From Ginglymostoma cirratum (Eukaryota): DNA of 64,000 nt. Shown in pieces: positions 24,557-37,639 of the stretch. Within the stretch, counting starts at the first letter, position 1; the number at the start of each line of letters is the position of its first letter. Position numbers and translations under genes: made by a program. The stretch lies in contig JAHRHZ010000029.1 in NCBI GenBank assembly GCA_024137785.1, forward strand, positions 35,521,137-35,585,136, given 5' to 3'. The notes beneath the pieces are model-generated. The model saw nothing but the letters and a program-made list of their open reading frames with translations, did no database searches and was not told the origin of the DNA.

Positions 24557-27014
24557 TATTGTTGGTGAGTTTGCTTGGCAGGAAGTTCTGTAATGAGTTT
24601 AAGAGTGGTCAGAGGCTGTGAAAGGGCTAATAAAAGGTAACAATAGTGATAAAGAGTTGCAAAGAACAATTTATTCCTTCCAAAGATATGATGAGATGAG
24701 GGCTCCTGCTGTAAGGTCAACCCTTATGTTGATCAACTAATTAAAAGAAAGGCAGATTTGAATGAGGCATGGGAGTGGTCTTCCATTGTGTTTCTGGCAT
24801 TCTAGAATGGAACTGCTGCAAGAATGTGATCCTTTATTCCCCCATTTCTAATTCATCCCATTGCACTCATATCTGTTTGTGGAAAAGTATCAAATTAGAG
24901 GAGATTTTACAATGAACTTTACAAAGGCAGTATGTTGCATAACTGGCAAGATGTAGTTATAAGCACAGACTGTTAGTGACTAAAAGGACAAGGCATGTTA
25001 ATGCAGCAAATAAGGAAAACACATTTCTATACATTACCAAAGGAGCACAATGAGCAGTTCATTCTTAACAGTGAAAACTTTGAAGCATTTAAGAAGCTTT
25101 CTGAGAAATGTATTAGAAACTTTTGACACAGGTTTTTAATGAAGTAGAATTGTCTACTTTTTTTCAAAAAATGATTGAAACAGGATTTATAAAAGCTTTA
25201 AAAAGCAAAGGAAAGACATACTTTTATGTCCAGCTGAGGAGTGGAGAATCATCTCTCTGCTTGTTACCTCCTCTATTGATCACAGTAGTTTTTTTTAATA
25301 TATTGCTTTTAGTACGCAGCTATATTGCATTACAATGAAAACAGAGTACTAGTCAAAGTTATGAGCCAATTACAAGGTTTTCTTCAGTGTAAGAAAGAGG
25401 AATTGTATCACTTACTGAATCTAAATAAAATGATAAAACAGGGTGAGCACACAGAAACGCGAGCATGACAGTTAAAAGGGGGAGGGTGTCCAATAAAATA
25501 AATATGTATAGATAAAGATAAGATAAAGAACATGTAGTTTAAAAAAAAAGTTCTGAAAGCCTTTGAGTAGTTATGTTTGAACCTGAGACCATGGTTGCTT
25601 AGGTGGTTCCTTATATCCTCAGCAGCAGTGAAATTTGTTGGATCCTTGAATTCTTGGTAAACAGATGAATCTCTGATTTGTTTTATTACCACTGCTGGCT
25701 TTTGAGATTATGAAAAAGAAACAGGAAGAGAGAGAGTGTGTATTTTTTTTCTCTGTCTGCTGCTCTGTGAAATAGCTACTGAAATATGGTTTGTTTGTAT
25801 ATTACCAAGTCTAGCTCCATTTTCTTTCCAAGCTGGATAGTTAGAGGTAACCATTTCAAGTCTAGTATATACGATACCTCATAGTAACAAAAAGTCAAAC
25901 AGGAGATGTGTGTTTCTTGCTGCCTGACTCAGTTAACTGGCTTTAATGTCTTGAAATAAAATGGTGGTTTCAGTTCTGATCAGATTGTTAACTTTACATT
26001 TGTTTCCTGAATTTGCCTCAATCTGTGATCGGGTAATTTCTGGTCATATTCGGTCCATGCTTTTTTTTAAATTTTAAGAACTATTTTAGTCTAAGCCTCA
26101 GGTTTGGACATCAAATATTGGAAGGTGAAAATGAATAGTCTATATTTTACCACTATCATGAAAACATAAGACGAATATTTAAAGTACACAGTAAAAAGGT
26201 TAAGGCTTGAAACCCAGGAATAGCATGGTCAATATTTACTGTTGTAAAGGCTGATGATTCTATAATTTTCTGCTAGACATGGAAGGACAAACAGGGAAAA
26301 AAAAATGGGGAAAAAAATGCTGCAATTTACCAGCTGCTCATACAGATTTTTTTAGCTCAGTTACCTCCAGGATCCAAAGTCATGAAACTATTTACAGTTA
26401 ATGATCAGGTTTCTATTACAGGTAGGGCGGAGATTAAACCTATTAGCTCAGTATTTGCAGAGGTGTGTAGCGGTACTTGGGGAATTATTTTCTGAATATT
26501 TTCTAAATGATGATGTCTTTAAAATGTATTGACTCCATGATTGGCATAATTTGGTTGCTGTCTATTTATTTTAAGGTAATTCCGTGGAAGTTGTGTTATT
26601 TGAATGTTGAAATTTTTTTTCGGTTAATTGAAGAATGTAGATTGACTTTAAAAATGCACTCAATAAATCAAAACCTTGCAAAAAGAGAGGTCTTACAAGT
26701 AATTGGAGGGTGGGAGAGTCAGATGGATAGTGTATGCGTGTGAAGATCTTCATTTGTACTTAAGATTTTTAGTATCAAACAATATAAAGCATCTCGGTAT
26801 TTATGACAGGTAGTAAGTGTGAGTTTATGTCAAATAATCACGTATAAAACTATCAAACAAAGCTTTGTTCCTACAGACAATTATCAGATAGAAAATGCAA
26901 TTTAAAGAAGAATGAAATAGTAAGATTGGCATTGTTATGAGAATGTGTAGCTAATAATAAACAGAGTTATATCTGCTTCATCAATGAAAAAACTGCAATC
27001 GGAACATAATAATA

Positions 27015-27636
27015 GAAAAACAGAAATTGCTGGAGAAGCTCAGCAGATCTGGCAGCATCAGTAGAGAGAGAGAAAAACATTTACTTTTGAGTCTGGTCTG
27101 ACTTTTACATGAAACTGAAAGGGGCTGGAAAATTATGTTTTTATGCTGTTGGCAGAGGGGCAAGAGGAGCAAGTGGAAACAGATGGAAGGTGTCCAGACC
27201 AACAGGCAAAGGGCATGCAAATGGTGATAGAGTGGATTGTAAAGATTACAGGTTAATGTTCGGTGTTAATAGCAGAAAATAGATCAGTTCTGCTGAGAGC
27301 AAACCCATCAAACAGGGCACAAAAACAGAAATTGCTGAAGAAGCTCACCAGGTCTGGCAGCATCTGTAGGTAATAATCAGAGTAAAATGCTTCAGGTCGA
27401 GTGACCCCTTCTGAGGGGGGAATATTAACATGCCACTCCTCCAGGGTGGCCACTTATTTTGCTTCTCTTCCCCTCTGACCACAACATCAAAACCATCATT
27501 TTCCTGGTCTCTTAGTTCAGAAGAAACATTAAACTCTGTTTCTCTTTCCATAAATGCTGCCAGACCTGTTTAGTTTTTCCAGCAATTTCTGCTGTTATGT
27601 CGGATTTCCAGCATCCCACAGTATTTTGCTTTCATT
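27015..27636. mobile_element. Older PLE fold-back with a nested short PLE (about 27318-27415)
   Basis: cagaaattgctggagaagctcagcag occurs twice on minus, with a plus arm tgctgccagacctg...ttccagcatc. Confidence 0.75.
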
Positions 27637-28720
27637 TGAGTAAAATATAATGACAGTCTTAGAAGTAAATTAATTAATTTCTTCAGGAACCACTACTGCA
27701 AAAAGTGCAACATGAACCAGTATCTAAGTCTGTGATTGGATAATTATGATAAACCTGACATTGTTAATCAGAGTGATAGATGGGATTACAGCGGTTGGAT
27801 TTCCATTGCCTTAATTCATTATTATCACAGTTGTTGCACCAAAATTACCTGTCTTCATTTTGTTACATACTTCACAGTAATTTGACATTTTTAAATGTTT
27901 TGACTTGATTGATCTATTATCTGGTTTAAATAATTATCCATTCAGTTTTTTTACCTCTGTAATCGCACACATCTGTGCAATATCCTAACAGTACTGTCAA
28001 CATTCTATTTTCAGTTAAAAGGTTTCAATATGTCAAATTCTCATTCATTGAGAAAACGACAAATGGATTTTTTTTTGTCCAAGAATGAGCTTGTATACAG
28101 TTGAATTTTTTTCCTGAGAGGATTCTCATTGTAATTAACTGACTCCCCTTAGGAGTATACCTGCCTGGTTTGAAAGCTGGACTTCTTTGTGTGGTGATAT
28201 TGAGATGAATTTGGAATCTGCACAGTTGCGGACTGCTGCAAAGTTGGGTAGTCAGCACTGCTGGGATCAGAAGGAGGTCCATTTTTGGATGAGGCAGAAC
28301 ATTTCCCCCCCTCCCCCCGCCCCGCTCCTAAGAGCCAACAATGGTGCTGCCAAAGCAGGTGCAGTCCAGACTGGGTTTCTCAGAACTTGACAGGGGGCTG
28401 CATCAGTTTACCTCGATGAAACTCCTAAACCATTGTCAGCTGCTGGGAATCCTACTTCTATCCAGTTATGTCAATTCTTTTAATATCGTAGGACCAATGA
28501 TTTGTATTTTTAAAGCGCCTGCCATCTGGTGGTGGGTTGATCAGGCTGCCTATAGGACCGAGGAAACACTGTCATAGACTTGAACCAATAACAATGAGCC
28601 AGTTGGTCAACATTCCTCACTGTGAGCACAAACAGAAGACCTGATAGGTCTCTCGATGTAGGTGGGGAAACATTGAAGTTGTGGTCAGTTGATGTTGAAC
28701 AAACTGTAATATTAATTGAC

Positions 28721-29727
28721 GAGAGACAAAAAAAGCTGCAGGTGCTGCAATCCAAGGTAGACAAACAAGAGGCTGGAAAAACACAGTAAGCCAGGCAACA
28801 CTTGGAGGAAAGGAAAAGTCAACATTTTGTGTATTACCCTTCTTCAGGACTGAACGTGGAGGAGAAAGAGTTGCAGATAAAGTTGGGGGTGGGGGTAGAA
28901 GAATGGTGATGCTAGTTGGACACTGGTAGTAGGTACAACCTGGTTGGTTGATGGGAGGGATGAATCTGGGTGGTAAGCGGAATGGAAGGGAGTATGCAAG
29001 GCAAGAAAGGGGGCTGGGGGATGGGTGGGAAGGTTATTTGAGATTAGAGAACTCAATGTTAAGTCCTGAAGGCTGTAGACTGCCCAGGCAGAAGATAAGG
29101 TGGTGTTCCTCAAATTAGTGATCTGATTCACTGTGACACTGGAGGAGGGCGGGGATGGGGGGGGGGTAGGGGAGGGGTGGGGTAGTTGAAATGGGCGCTC
29201 AGCGAAATGGTCACCTGGTCTATGTTTGGTATCACCAATGTAGAGAAGACCACATTGGGAGCACCGGATGCAGCCTAACCTCCTGGTCACCGCCTATTTC
29301 AAATCACTACCCCCACCCCACTCCCCCTCCGACATGTCCATCCTCGGCCTCCTCCAGTGTCACAGTGAATCAGATCGCTAATTTGAGGAACAGCACCTTA
29401 TCTTCTGCCTGGGCAGCCTACAGCCTTTAGGACTTAACATTGAGTTCTCTAATTTCAAATAACCTTCTCACCCATCCCCCAGTTCCCTTTACAGCTCTGC
29501 CTCCTCCCTTACATTCCAGCTACCACCCAGATTCATCCCTACCATTGACCAACCAGGTCATACCTACTACCGGTGTTTACCTATCACCACCATTCCGCTA
29601 TCTTACCCCTCCTCTCTTTACCTGCAGCTCCCCCTACCCCCACATCCAGTCCTGCAGAAAACGTTGACTTCTCCTCGTCCAGATGTTGCCTGGCTTGCTG
29701 TGTTTTCCCAGCCTCCTGTTTGTCTAC
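28721..29727. mobile_element. PLE fold-back including GIY-YIG end (family C), degenerate 13-bp TSD
   Basis: Minus ORF CIRCSQCGLLYIGDTKHRPGDHFAE; arms of about 430 bp are inverted. Flanks aatattaattgac (28708-28720) and aatgttattcgac (29728-29740). Confidence 0.9.
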
Positions 29728-30412
29728 AATGTTATTCGACTGATGATTAATCATACCACATCAGGTTAATGTTGACTATAGCATGTTTAAAAACAAGAAA
29801 TTTCCTCAATTTAGTTATATTACCAGAATAAGTAAAATCTTTTTATTTATTTATACATGGAATGTGAACATCATGGGCTGGGCCAGTATTTATTGTCCAC
29901 TCCTAAATTGTCATGCTTATTGCTGATGTGAAACTTCAAAGCTACATATTGTGATGAAGGGTGAGTGTAAATATTGAAGGCAACACTGTACTTTTCGTTT
30001 AGAATAATCAAGGTTTGATTTTAACTTTCAAACACCAAGAGTTTGAAAACATTTAGAATAATTTTTGGCGCAGATATTTGGAGTCAGAAGAAAATGTATT
30101 TGATAATTTCCCCTTATTTTTATGAGCCCAGCTGATGACACTACTGGTCAATTCAGCTGTCGGAATGTAATCTGACTTGACAGACTACGCACTTTTTTAA
30201 CTTCATGGTGATTCATTGAAACACAGAGACAAAAGGCTGCAGATTTTCTTTCACAATAAGATAAATATTTATTATGTAAAGAAAGAAAAAGATCTAAAAC
30301 ATGCCAAACCATATAAATATAGAATCCAGCTTGAAAGATCTTAAAACACAGAGTAAAACAAAGTCTTATCCATTTCCCAACAGCCTCACTTTACAACGAT
30401 TTCAAATCCAGA

Positions 30413-30704
30413 GAGATAACAAGCATGGGGCTGGATGAACACAGCAGGTCAAGCAGCATCATAGGAGCAGGAAAACTTGACGTTTCGGGCCTAAACCCTT
30501 CATCAGAAAACCCTGTCCCGCAGAACGGACCAATCCCCCTCCACCGACACCCTCATCCGCCTAGCCGAACTCGTCCTCACCCTCAACAACTCTGTCCCGC
30601 AGAACGGACCAATCCCCCTCCACCGACACCCTCATCCGCCTAGCCGAACTCGTCCTCACCCTCAACAACTCGGATTCTCCAGCATCTGCAGTACCTTTTA
30701 TCTC
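30413..30704. mobile_element. Internally deleted PLE with a tandem 79-bp RT fragment, TSD up to 16 bp
   Basis: pLTR arm, then 2 x 79 bp (30513-30591, 30592-30670) matching 53096-53174, then the tail. Flanks tcaaatccagagagat at 30402-30417 and 30703-30718, partly overlapping the element ends. Confidence 0.9.
30476..30509 (-). ncRNA. Minimal type I hammerhead ribozyme motif (intact core)
   Basis: Reverse complement UUU-CUGAUGA-A-GGG-UUUAGG-CCC-GAAAC-GUC-AAG; stem I is weak. Confidence 0.7.
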
Positions 30705-32084
30705 AAATCCAGAGAGATTACCCTTCAATATCAAAGTTGTAGGTTTGACTCAACTATTTCTCGTTAGATCTATCCTGTGAACCATGACATCATCTGATAT
30801 TAATTCTCATGAAACAGAAAGTTTTGACTTTCTCAGTCTTTTAATGATCTGCTGATTTCGAACCAAACATTTCTGACCGGGAAGTTTAACAATGTAAGCT
30901 TATATACCAAGGTAACTGAATTTTCTTGCACTGTGCTAATCTCTTATCTGTGGGAGACACGATATTTGCTTTTGACTCTCGTCAGGTCTCCTCCAAAATT
31001 CTGTCCTAAAAGCTGTCAATTACTTTTTAAAGACTTCATAAAACTAACCAACATCAATATGCCACTAGGTTGAAATCCAAAGTCTAAAATACAGTATCTA
31101 TGTGTTTTAAATCAGTCACCTTTCATCACAATTGTCACTCATAAAATAGTTCTTGAGGGTGACCAACATTCATGTTCCTTTGACATATTATACCAGCAGT
31201 TACAATAGCTGACAAATAGCTCTAGTTACTCAACCCACTGGGAATAAGCAAAGTATATATTATTAATTGACTTTGTAGTGTTAACATTTTATCATCCCTC
31301 TTGTCCATGCATCTGCCTCACTGCTGGTAGCAGTAAGCTCCAATATTATGAGCTTTCTTGTTATTGACAACACAGTCAGATGCACGTAGCGCCATCAGCT
31401 CTGCGTCTGTGCTGTTAACTGTGAGTCACCATTGAAATATATGATATTTTCACAGTTTGTTGCTGAACTCAGAATGTGGAATCACTTCTAATTGCTACTG
31501 TAACTAACACAGATGAAAACAAAACATAACAATGTTTTTCCTCATTTATGATGCCAAACCCATGTGACAGCAGAGTGTAAAGATATGAAAACTTAATGAG
31601 ATTATTACAGAATATTTACAGCACAGACACAGAACATTTGGCCCAACCATTTGTGCCAGTGTATATGTTTCACATGAATCTCCTCCCCCTTTCTCACCCC
31701 GTCCGCAAATCCTTCAAATCCTTTATCTTTCCTGTGATTCTCCAACATCCGCCTAAATAGACCTCTGGCATTTATTAAGACAATTCTTTGGGGCAGTGAG
31801 ATCCTTGTTATAGAGTCATAGAGTCATATAGGTCTACAACGTGGACACAGGCCCTTTGGCCCAATTTACACATGCCACCCAATTTATGAGTGTTCTCATC
31901 CTCCTTGAATAGATATATTTCTTCTGAGTTCCTTGTTATATTTATTATTGCCTGACTAATATATGCAGTTCTTAGTTCCGGTAGTGTCCATGAATCTCAT
32001 TGTATGCGTCCAATTAAAACACTTCCAGGTTTTTGGAAGATTTTGATCAAGTCCACTCCCTATCTTTCCCTCCCTGGGGTAAGA

Positions 32085-32290
32085 TTGGTCAGACAGTCGC
32101 TTTGCAATGCACAGTGATGCCAACAGTGTACATTCAATTTCCATACTGGCTGAAGTTACTGTGAAGGACACTCCTTCTCAATCACTATCCGCACCTGAAG
32201 CATGGTGACCCTCAGTTTAAATCACTAGTAGCCGTCTCTGCTCTCTCTTAGAGAGCCGTATGGTTCTCTGGGACTGTGGTGACTTTACCC
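32085..32290 (+). mobile_element. tRNA-derived SINE
   Basis: Decayed tRNA-like head (gatgccaacagtgtacattcaatttcc); a second copy lies at 6282-6390. Confidence 0.55.
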
Positions 32291-32440
32291 CTGCTGCTTT
32301 AAAGAACTGAATAAGGTTACTTTTAAATGGCTGTTCCATTTTAGAATCTGTGCTCACCAGTCTTTCCATTCTTTTTACTTTCTACATGTTTTTCTGATCA
32401 CAGTTTGAGGAAGGATTACAATAACTATTGCAATAGTGAT

Positions 32441-32930
32441 CAGGGATGTGTAGATTAAGTGGGTTATCATAGAATCATAGAATCCCTACAGTTTGGAAAC
32501 AGGCCCTTTGGCCCAACAAGTCCACACCGACCCTCAGAGCATCCCACCCAGACCCATCCCCCTATAACCCACCAAATCTACACATCCCTGAACACTACGG
32601 GTAATTTAGCAGTTCTGAGGAAGGGTCACTGCACCTAAAACGTTAACTCTGTATTTTCCTTCACAGATGCTGCCAGACCTGCTGAGCTTTTCCAGCAACT
32701 TTGTTTTTGTGGCAATTTAGCATGGCCAATCCATATAGCCTGCACATCTTTGGACTGTGGGAGGAAACCGGAGCACCTTGAGGAAGCCCACACAGACACA
32801 GGGAGAATGTGCAAACTCCACACAGACAGTTGCCCAAGGGGATGGGTCTGGGTGGGATGTTCTGAGGGTCAGTGTGGACTTGTTGGGCCAAAAGGCCTGA
32901 ATGCACACTTTAGGGATTCTATGATTCTAC
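32441..32930. mobile_element. Nested HE1 SINEs: a + copy (32441-32467 and 32838-32930) split by a - copy (32468-32837)
   Basis: cagggatgtgtagattaagtgggttat resumes at ggggatgggtctgggtggg; the inner copy has the V-domain on minus. Confidence 0.85.
32612..32710 (+). mobile_element. Short PLE (family B) inserted in an HE1 SINE, 12-bp TSD
   Basis: gttCTGAGGAagggtcactgcacctAAAACGTT core; ggtaatttagca (32600-32611) and ggcaatttagca (32711-32722). Confidence 0.88.
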
Positions 32931-33537
32931 GATCTATGGTCGACTGGGCTTGTTCTAGCTCCCTTTGTAACTATAGGAATCATATTGCTGTCTGCCAGTC
33001 CTCTATCAATATTCCTTTTCAGTATATATATTAGAGTATTGCCTGTTTGCTACATTCTTCAGTAGGTACTGGAGAAAACAAGAATCATTCATCAATTAGA
33101 ACAAAGCTGTACATTCTATAAATAGTATTTCTGTCAATGTATTACTAGGATTTTTCATTGAAGCATTTTTCTCGTTAATATCTTTTTGAAGTAATAGTTC
33201 CATTTTATGTGTCAAAATCAGGCATTTGTTATAGCATTTTATTTTTCATTTTTGATTTATACACTCCACATTTCCCCAAAGTTATTCAGCAATACTGCCC
33301 ATCACAATCTGTTTAGTTCTTGCATCTCAGGCATTCGAAATGCCTGTGTGTGACTCGACTGATATTGGTAAAGGTTCAATGTAAATCTTTCACAATATGC
33401 TTCAAGAGGCACTGATCTGGAATTACCAGTTCCACAGGCAGCAATAACAATCAAAACCCGTTTCTGAATCATCAGTTTTCATTCAATTGCAGAGAAAGTG
33501 GCCACTCGGCCTCTTACTGCCTGTGCTTGCCCTTTGA

Positions 33538-33878
33538 AACATAGAAACATAGAAAATAGGAGCAGGAAGGGGCCATTCACCCCTTCGAGCCTGCTCCGCC
33601 ATTCATCATGATCATGGCTGATCATCCAACTCAATAGCCTAATCCTGCTTTCTGCCCATAACCTTTGACCCCATTCGCCCAGGTGCTGTATCTAGTCACC
33701 TCTTGAATACATTCAATGTTTTGGCATCAACTACTTCTTTGGGTAATGAATCCCACAGGCTCACCATTCTTCTGGTAAAGAAATGTCTCCTCATCTCCGT
33801 CCTAAATGGCCTACCCCGAATCTTCAGACTGTGACCCCTGGTTTTGGACACACCCACCATCGGGAACATCCGCCCTGA
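33538..33878 (-). mobile_element. CR1 3' end
   Basis: ORF 33696-33935 (SKTRGHSLKIRGRPFRTEMRRHFFTRRMVSLWDSLP) and a (catagaaa)n tail. Confidence 0.9.
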
Positions 33879-35501
33879 AAGTGCTTCCAAATCATTCCAG
33901 TTCCCCTGCCCTTTGATGTGACATTTTGTTTTCATTCAGAAGGGTACTAACTTGTTAATCCTGATTTCAGGATTTAAAAATTGTCCCCCAAGTGTCCTTG
34001 CTGTTTATTTTAAGATTCTCCGGACCCCAAGTTTACTGGAGTCAATTAGACAACCACTTGCCCTGTGAACACAGCAGAGGAGATAACAAGCCTACAGCTA
34101 GTATTCTGGTCCACAGGAAGCAGTTATAAACTTGGAAGAATGGTTAAGAATTGAGATGTGAAGAAACTGTCACAATAAACCGAAATGTAACAAGCTCTGA
34201 GTTGGCAACACTTCTGAGTTTTTGAATCTTTAGCGTGTCATTTAGTTTTTAAGGAGTAAATATCCACCCAAAGGTTGCTGCATTAATGTTTTACTGTAGC
34301 TTAATCAAACTGTGTTTTGCCCTCATTAACTCTCATGGTATGCCTGGCTTCTGTTAAATTACTAGTGACTTAAAGTCAGAAGTTGTGTTATTAGCTATCG
34401 CTGCTCATGGTGTAATCCACTCAAAGTAAAGGGATAATGGATAAAGCAAAAGAATTGTGAAGTATTTTGAACTTTGTATTTTAAGTAGGGCCCGACTGGG
34501 CATCAAAACTTGCAAAGATTACGCCAATTTAAAATGTAAAATTAGCCATACTGTTTCAATTTGGAGGCAGTAGATTTGGACAGTTTATTAGTTGCAGAGC
34601 AATGAGATCCATTCAGCCAGCTTTCTCTGTGGTAGGATCAGCTCCGTAGCACCCTCATTTTCTGAATTAGTGCTTCTTCATGCTTCTAATTGAAAAGTGG
34701 AGAAGACAGCATTTTCTGAGGTTTTGAATTCTTCAGCTAGTGCCTGCAGCTTATATACTTGTAAATGAAATGTAAATAATCAGAAGTGTTTTGATGCTTT
34801 GATTGGCCTTTCAGTTTGTTGTTTCTGCCTAATTAAGGCAATGGAACTATGGAGGACTCAGCAATGTCTTATGACATTATTTAATTTTGAGTAGAGAGCA
34901 ATTACATTCTCCTGTAATACCCCTAGGTCGGGGTTTAATTACTGAAATGGCATTCTTATTAACATGCATTACTTTATCTATCAAAAAAAATACTCTTTTA
35001 GACAAGTTGAAAGTTCTTCAAAATCATTATCTGTGTATGTAATGTCTCAACAGCCGCAGGCAGTACATCCCATCAGACGCTGCGTGGATGAGCTTCACTA
35101 ACGTTCGATAGCAAATTGCATTACGTCAGTAGAATGCACATTTAAGTGGTTTTACACAGCAACAAAGACAATGTGAGACTTTGTATTGATCACAAAGGCA
35201 GAAAGAGAACACAGGCTGAACATCTTTTTGTTTTCGTTCTGAGTGTTTTGTCATTTTGTTCCTCACCTGTGGACATACGTTACTATATAGCTCAGAGACA
35301 GGCAGCCAATAGGGGACAAAGGTCATTCAGGCCACTTAGCTGGCCTATACCTCATCCATATATAAAATCTACTCGAAACATCTGTTTTGCTTTTTTATGA
35401 AGCACAGGTGCCTCTACCCGTATTTAATGGGAACTGATCCATCATCTTGTTGTTCACAAAGTTGTGTTAGAGCAATTCATTAGAAACATACTTCTAATGA
35501 T

Positions 35502-35630
35502 CTGTTCTGGGGAAAGTTCACTGGACCCAAAATGTTAACTCTGATTTCTCTCCACAGATGCTACCAGACCTGCTGAGCTTTTCCAGCAATTTGTTCCTGA
35601 TTTCCAACATCTGCAGTCATTTCAATTTTT
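35502..35630 (+). mobile_element. Short PLE (family B), perfect 14-bp TSD
   Basis: atacttctaatgat at 35488-35501 and 35631-35644. Confidence 0.88.
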
Positions 35631-35891
35631 ATACTTCTAATGATTTTAACTCAAAATATTGAGCTTATTCCATAAGCTTTATTTTGACAATATGATGTTA
35701 AGAAAGTAACTCTCAGCTCTTCAGTTATCTTTCTGACTTAAGGAAAATCAGACAATGTCCCCTTATTTTATTTTTCACTAATTAATGTAACTTAATTTTC
35801 TTAGTCTGCGCTATTTGGGAAGACATTCAAGATCAAGATGTTTGTGAAACCTGTTTAAGAATTGAAGAATAGATCATTCTTAGAGGAAACT

Positions 35892-36052
35892 GAGATGACA
35901 CAGTATAGAGCTGGAGGAACACAGCAGGTCAGGCAGCGTCAGAGGAGCAGGAACGTTGAAGGGTCCCGACCCAAAGCTACCTGGCTTGCTGTGTTCTTCC
36001 AGCTCCACACTTTGTTATCTCTGACTCCAGCATCAGCAGTTCTTACTATCTC
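35892..36052. mobile_element. Short PLE fold-back, about 15-bp TSD
   Basis: Inverted arms; flanks tcattcttagaggaa (35874-35888) and tcattcttggtggaa (36051-36065). Confidence 0.85.
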
Positions 36053-36289
36053 ATTCTTGGTGGAATTTCCTTTACAGTCAAACATTGTGCTCCACGTGAC
36101 TGCCAGACAGTATTTGTATTGTACAAGGGTAAAGTACTGAAAGGTCACCCTTTCAGGTTGTCAGTTTCATTGAGTGTTCTTTGAGAGAGATGAACAGATC
36201 CTTGTTAGGTAGGAAATATACAATTCATACAGACAGAGTGACCTTGATCTTACTGAATGGTAGAGGGTCCCCTATTGAAGGAAATATGT

Positions 36290-36830
36290 GCTAGTCTCAG
36301 TGGGAGTCCAGAAGAGGTTTACAAGAATGATCCCAGGGATGAAAGGCTTATCAGATAAGGAGTGGATGGGGACTCTGGGTACTCAATGGAGTTTAAAAGG
36401 ATAAGGGAGAATCTGATTGAAATTTACAGAATACTGAGAGGCCTAGATAGAGTGAACATGGAGAAGACCTTTTTATTTATTCATCCCTAATTGCCTAGAG
36501 GGCAGTTCAGAGTCAACCACATTGCTGTGGGTCTAGAATCACATGTAGGCCTGACCAGGTAAGGATGGCAGTTTCCTTCCCTAAAGGACAGTAGCGAACT
36601 AGGTGGGGTTTTTTCCGGGTCATCAGTAGATTCTTAATTCCAGATATTTTATTGAATTTAAATTCCACCATCTGCCATGGTGGGATTCAAACCCAGGTCC
36701 CCTGAATATTATCTGGGTCTCCTGGATTAACAATCCAGCGATAATACCTCTGGGCCATTGCCTCCCCTAATTTCCACAAGCAGGTGAGACTAGGACCTGA
36801 TGATACAGCCTCAGATTGAAGGGATGACTC
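36290..36830 (+). mobile_element. CR1 3' fragment split by a minus-strand tRNA-SINE (about 36470-36767)
   Basis: gtccagaagaggtttacaagaatgatcccaggg... resumes at tttccacaagcaggtgagactagg. Confidence 0.8.
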
Positions 36831-37550
36831 TGTGTGTAGTCCATCTGGTCTAGGTGATTGACTCCACCTTCAGACCTTTCAGCTTCCCAGCACCTTCTCC
36901 TTAGTGATGGCTGCTCACCTCTGCCCCCTGGCTCTCTTGAAGTTCTCATCTGCAGCTGGTGTCTTTCATTGTGAAACCTATGCAAAGTACCTATTCAGTT
37001 CCTCTGCTATTTCCTTGTTCCCCATTAGTACGTCTACAGCTGTATTTTCCAGTGGTCCAATGTCTACTCTTGTCTCTGTCTTACCTTTCGTATATCTTCA
37101 AAATACTCTTGCAATCTTGTTTTATATTACTAGCTAGCTACTCTCACATTTCATCTTCTCCATCCTTACAGTTTTGTTAAAGTTATCCTCTACTATTTTT
37201 TTAAAGGCTTCCCAATCCTCTGACTTCCCATTAATCTTCATGACATAGTGTGCTTTTCTTTTGCTTTATGCTATCCCTAACAACCCTTGTCAGCCATGGT
37301 TGCCTCATCCTCCCCTTAGTATGTTTGTTCTTCTTTGGGATGAATTCCTGCTGTGCCTCCCAAATTACTCCCAGAAATGCCTGCCATTGTTGCTCTATCA
37401 TCTTCCCTGCTCGGCTCCCATTCCAATCAATTCTGTCCAGCTCCTCCCTCACATCTTTGTAGTTACCTTTACTCAGTTGTAATACTGTTACATCTGGTTC
37501 CATCTTCTCCCTCTCAAACCACAAGGTGAATTCTATCATATGATGGCCAC
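36830..37550 (-). mobile_element. CR1 ORF2 fragment (EN-RT linker)
   Basis: ORF 37231-37668 (SGHHMIEF...KGNYKDVREELDRIDW...QPWLT). Confidence 0.85.
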
Positions 37551-37639
37551 TAATACGATGGCAGCAAAGCTCCGACATGGTGAGGAGCAGACTTGGTTCA
37601 CCTGGACATAAAACTAATACCATTACGGCCAATTCTTTA

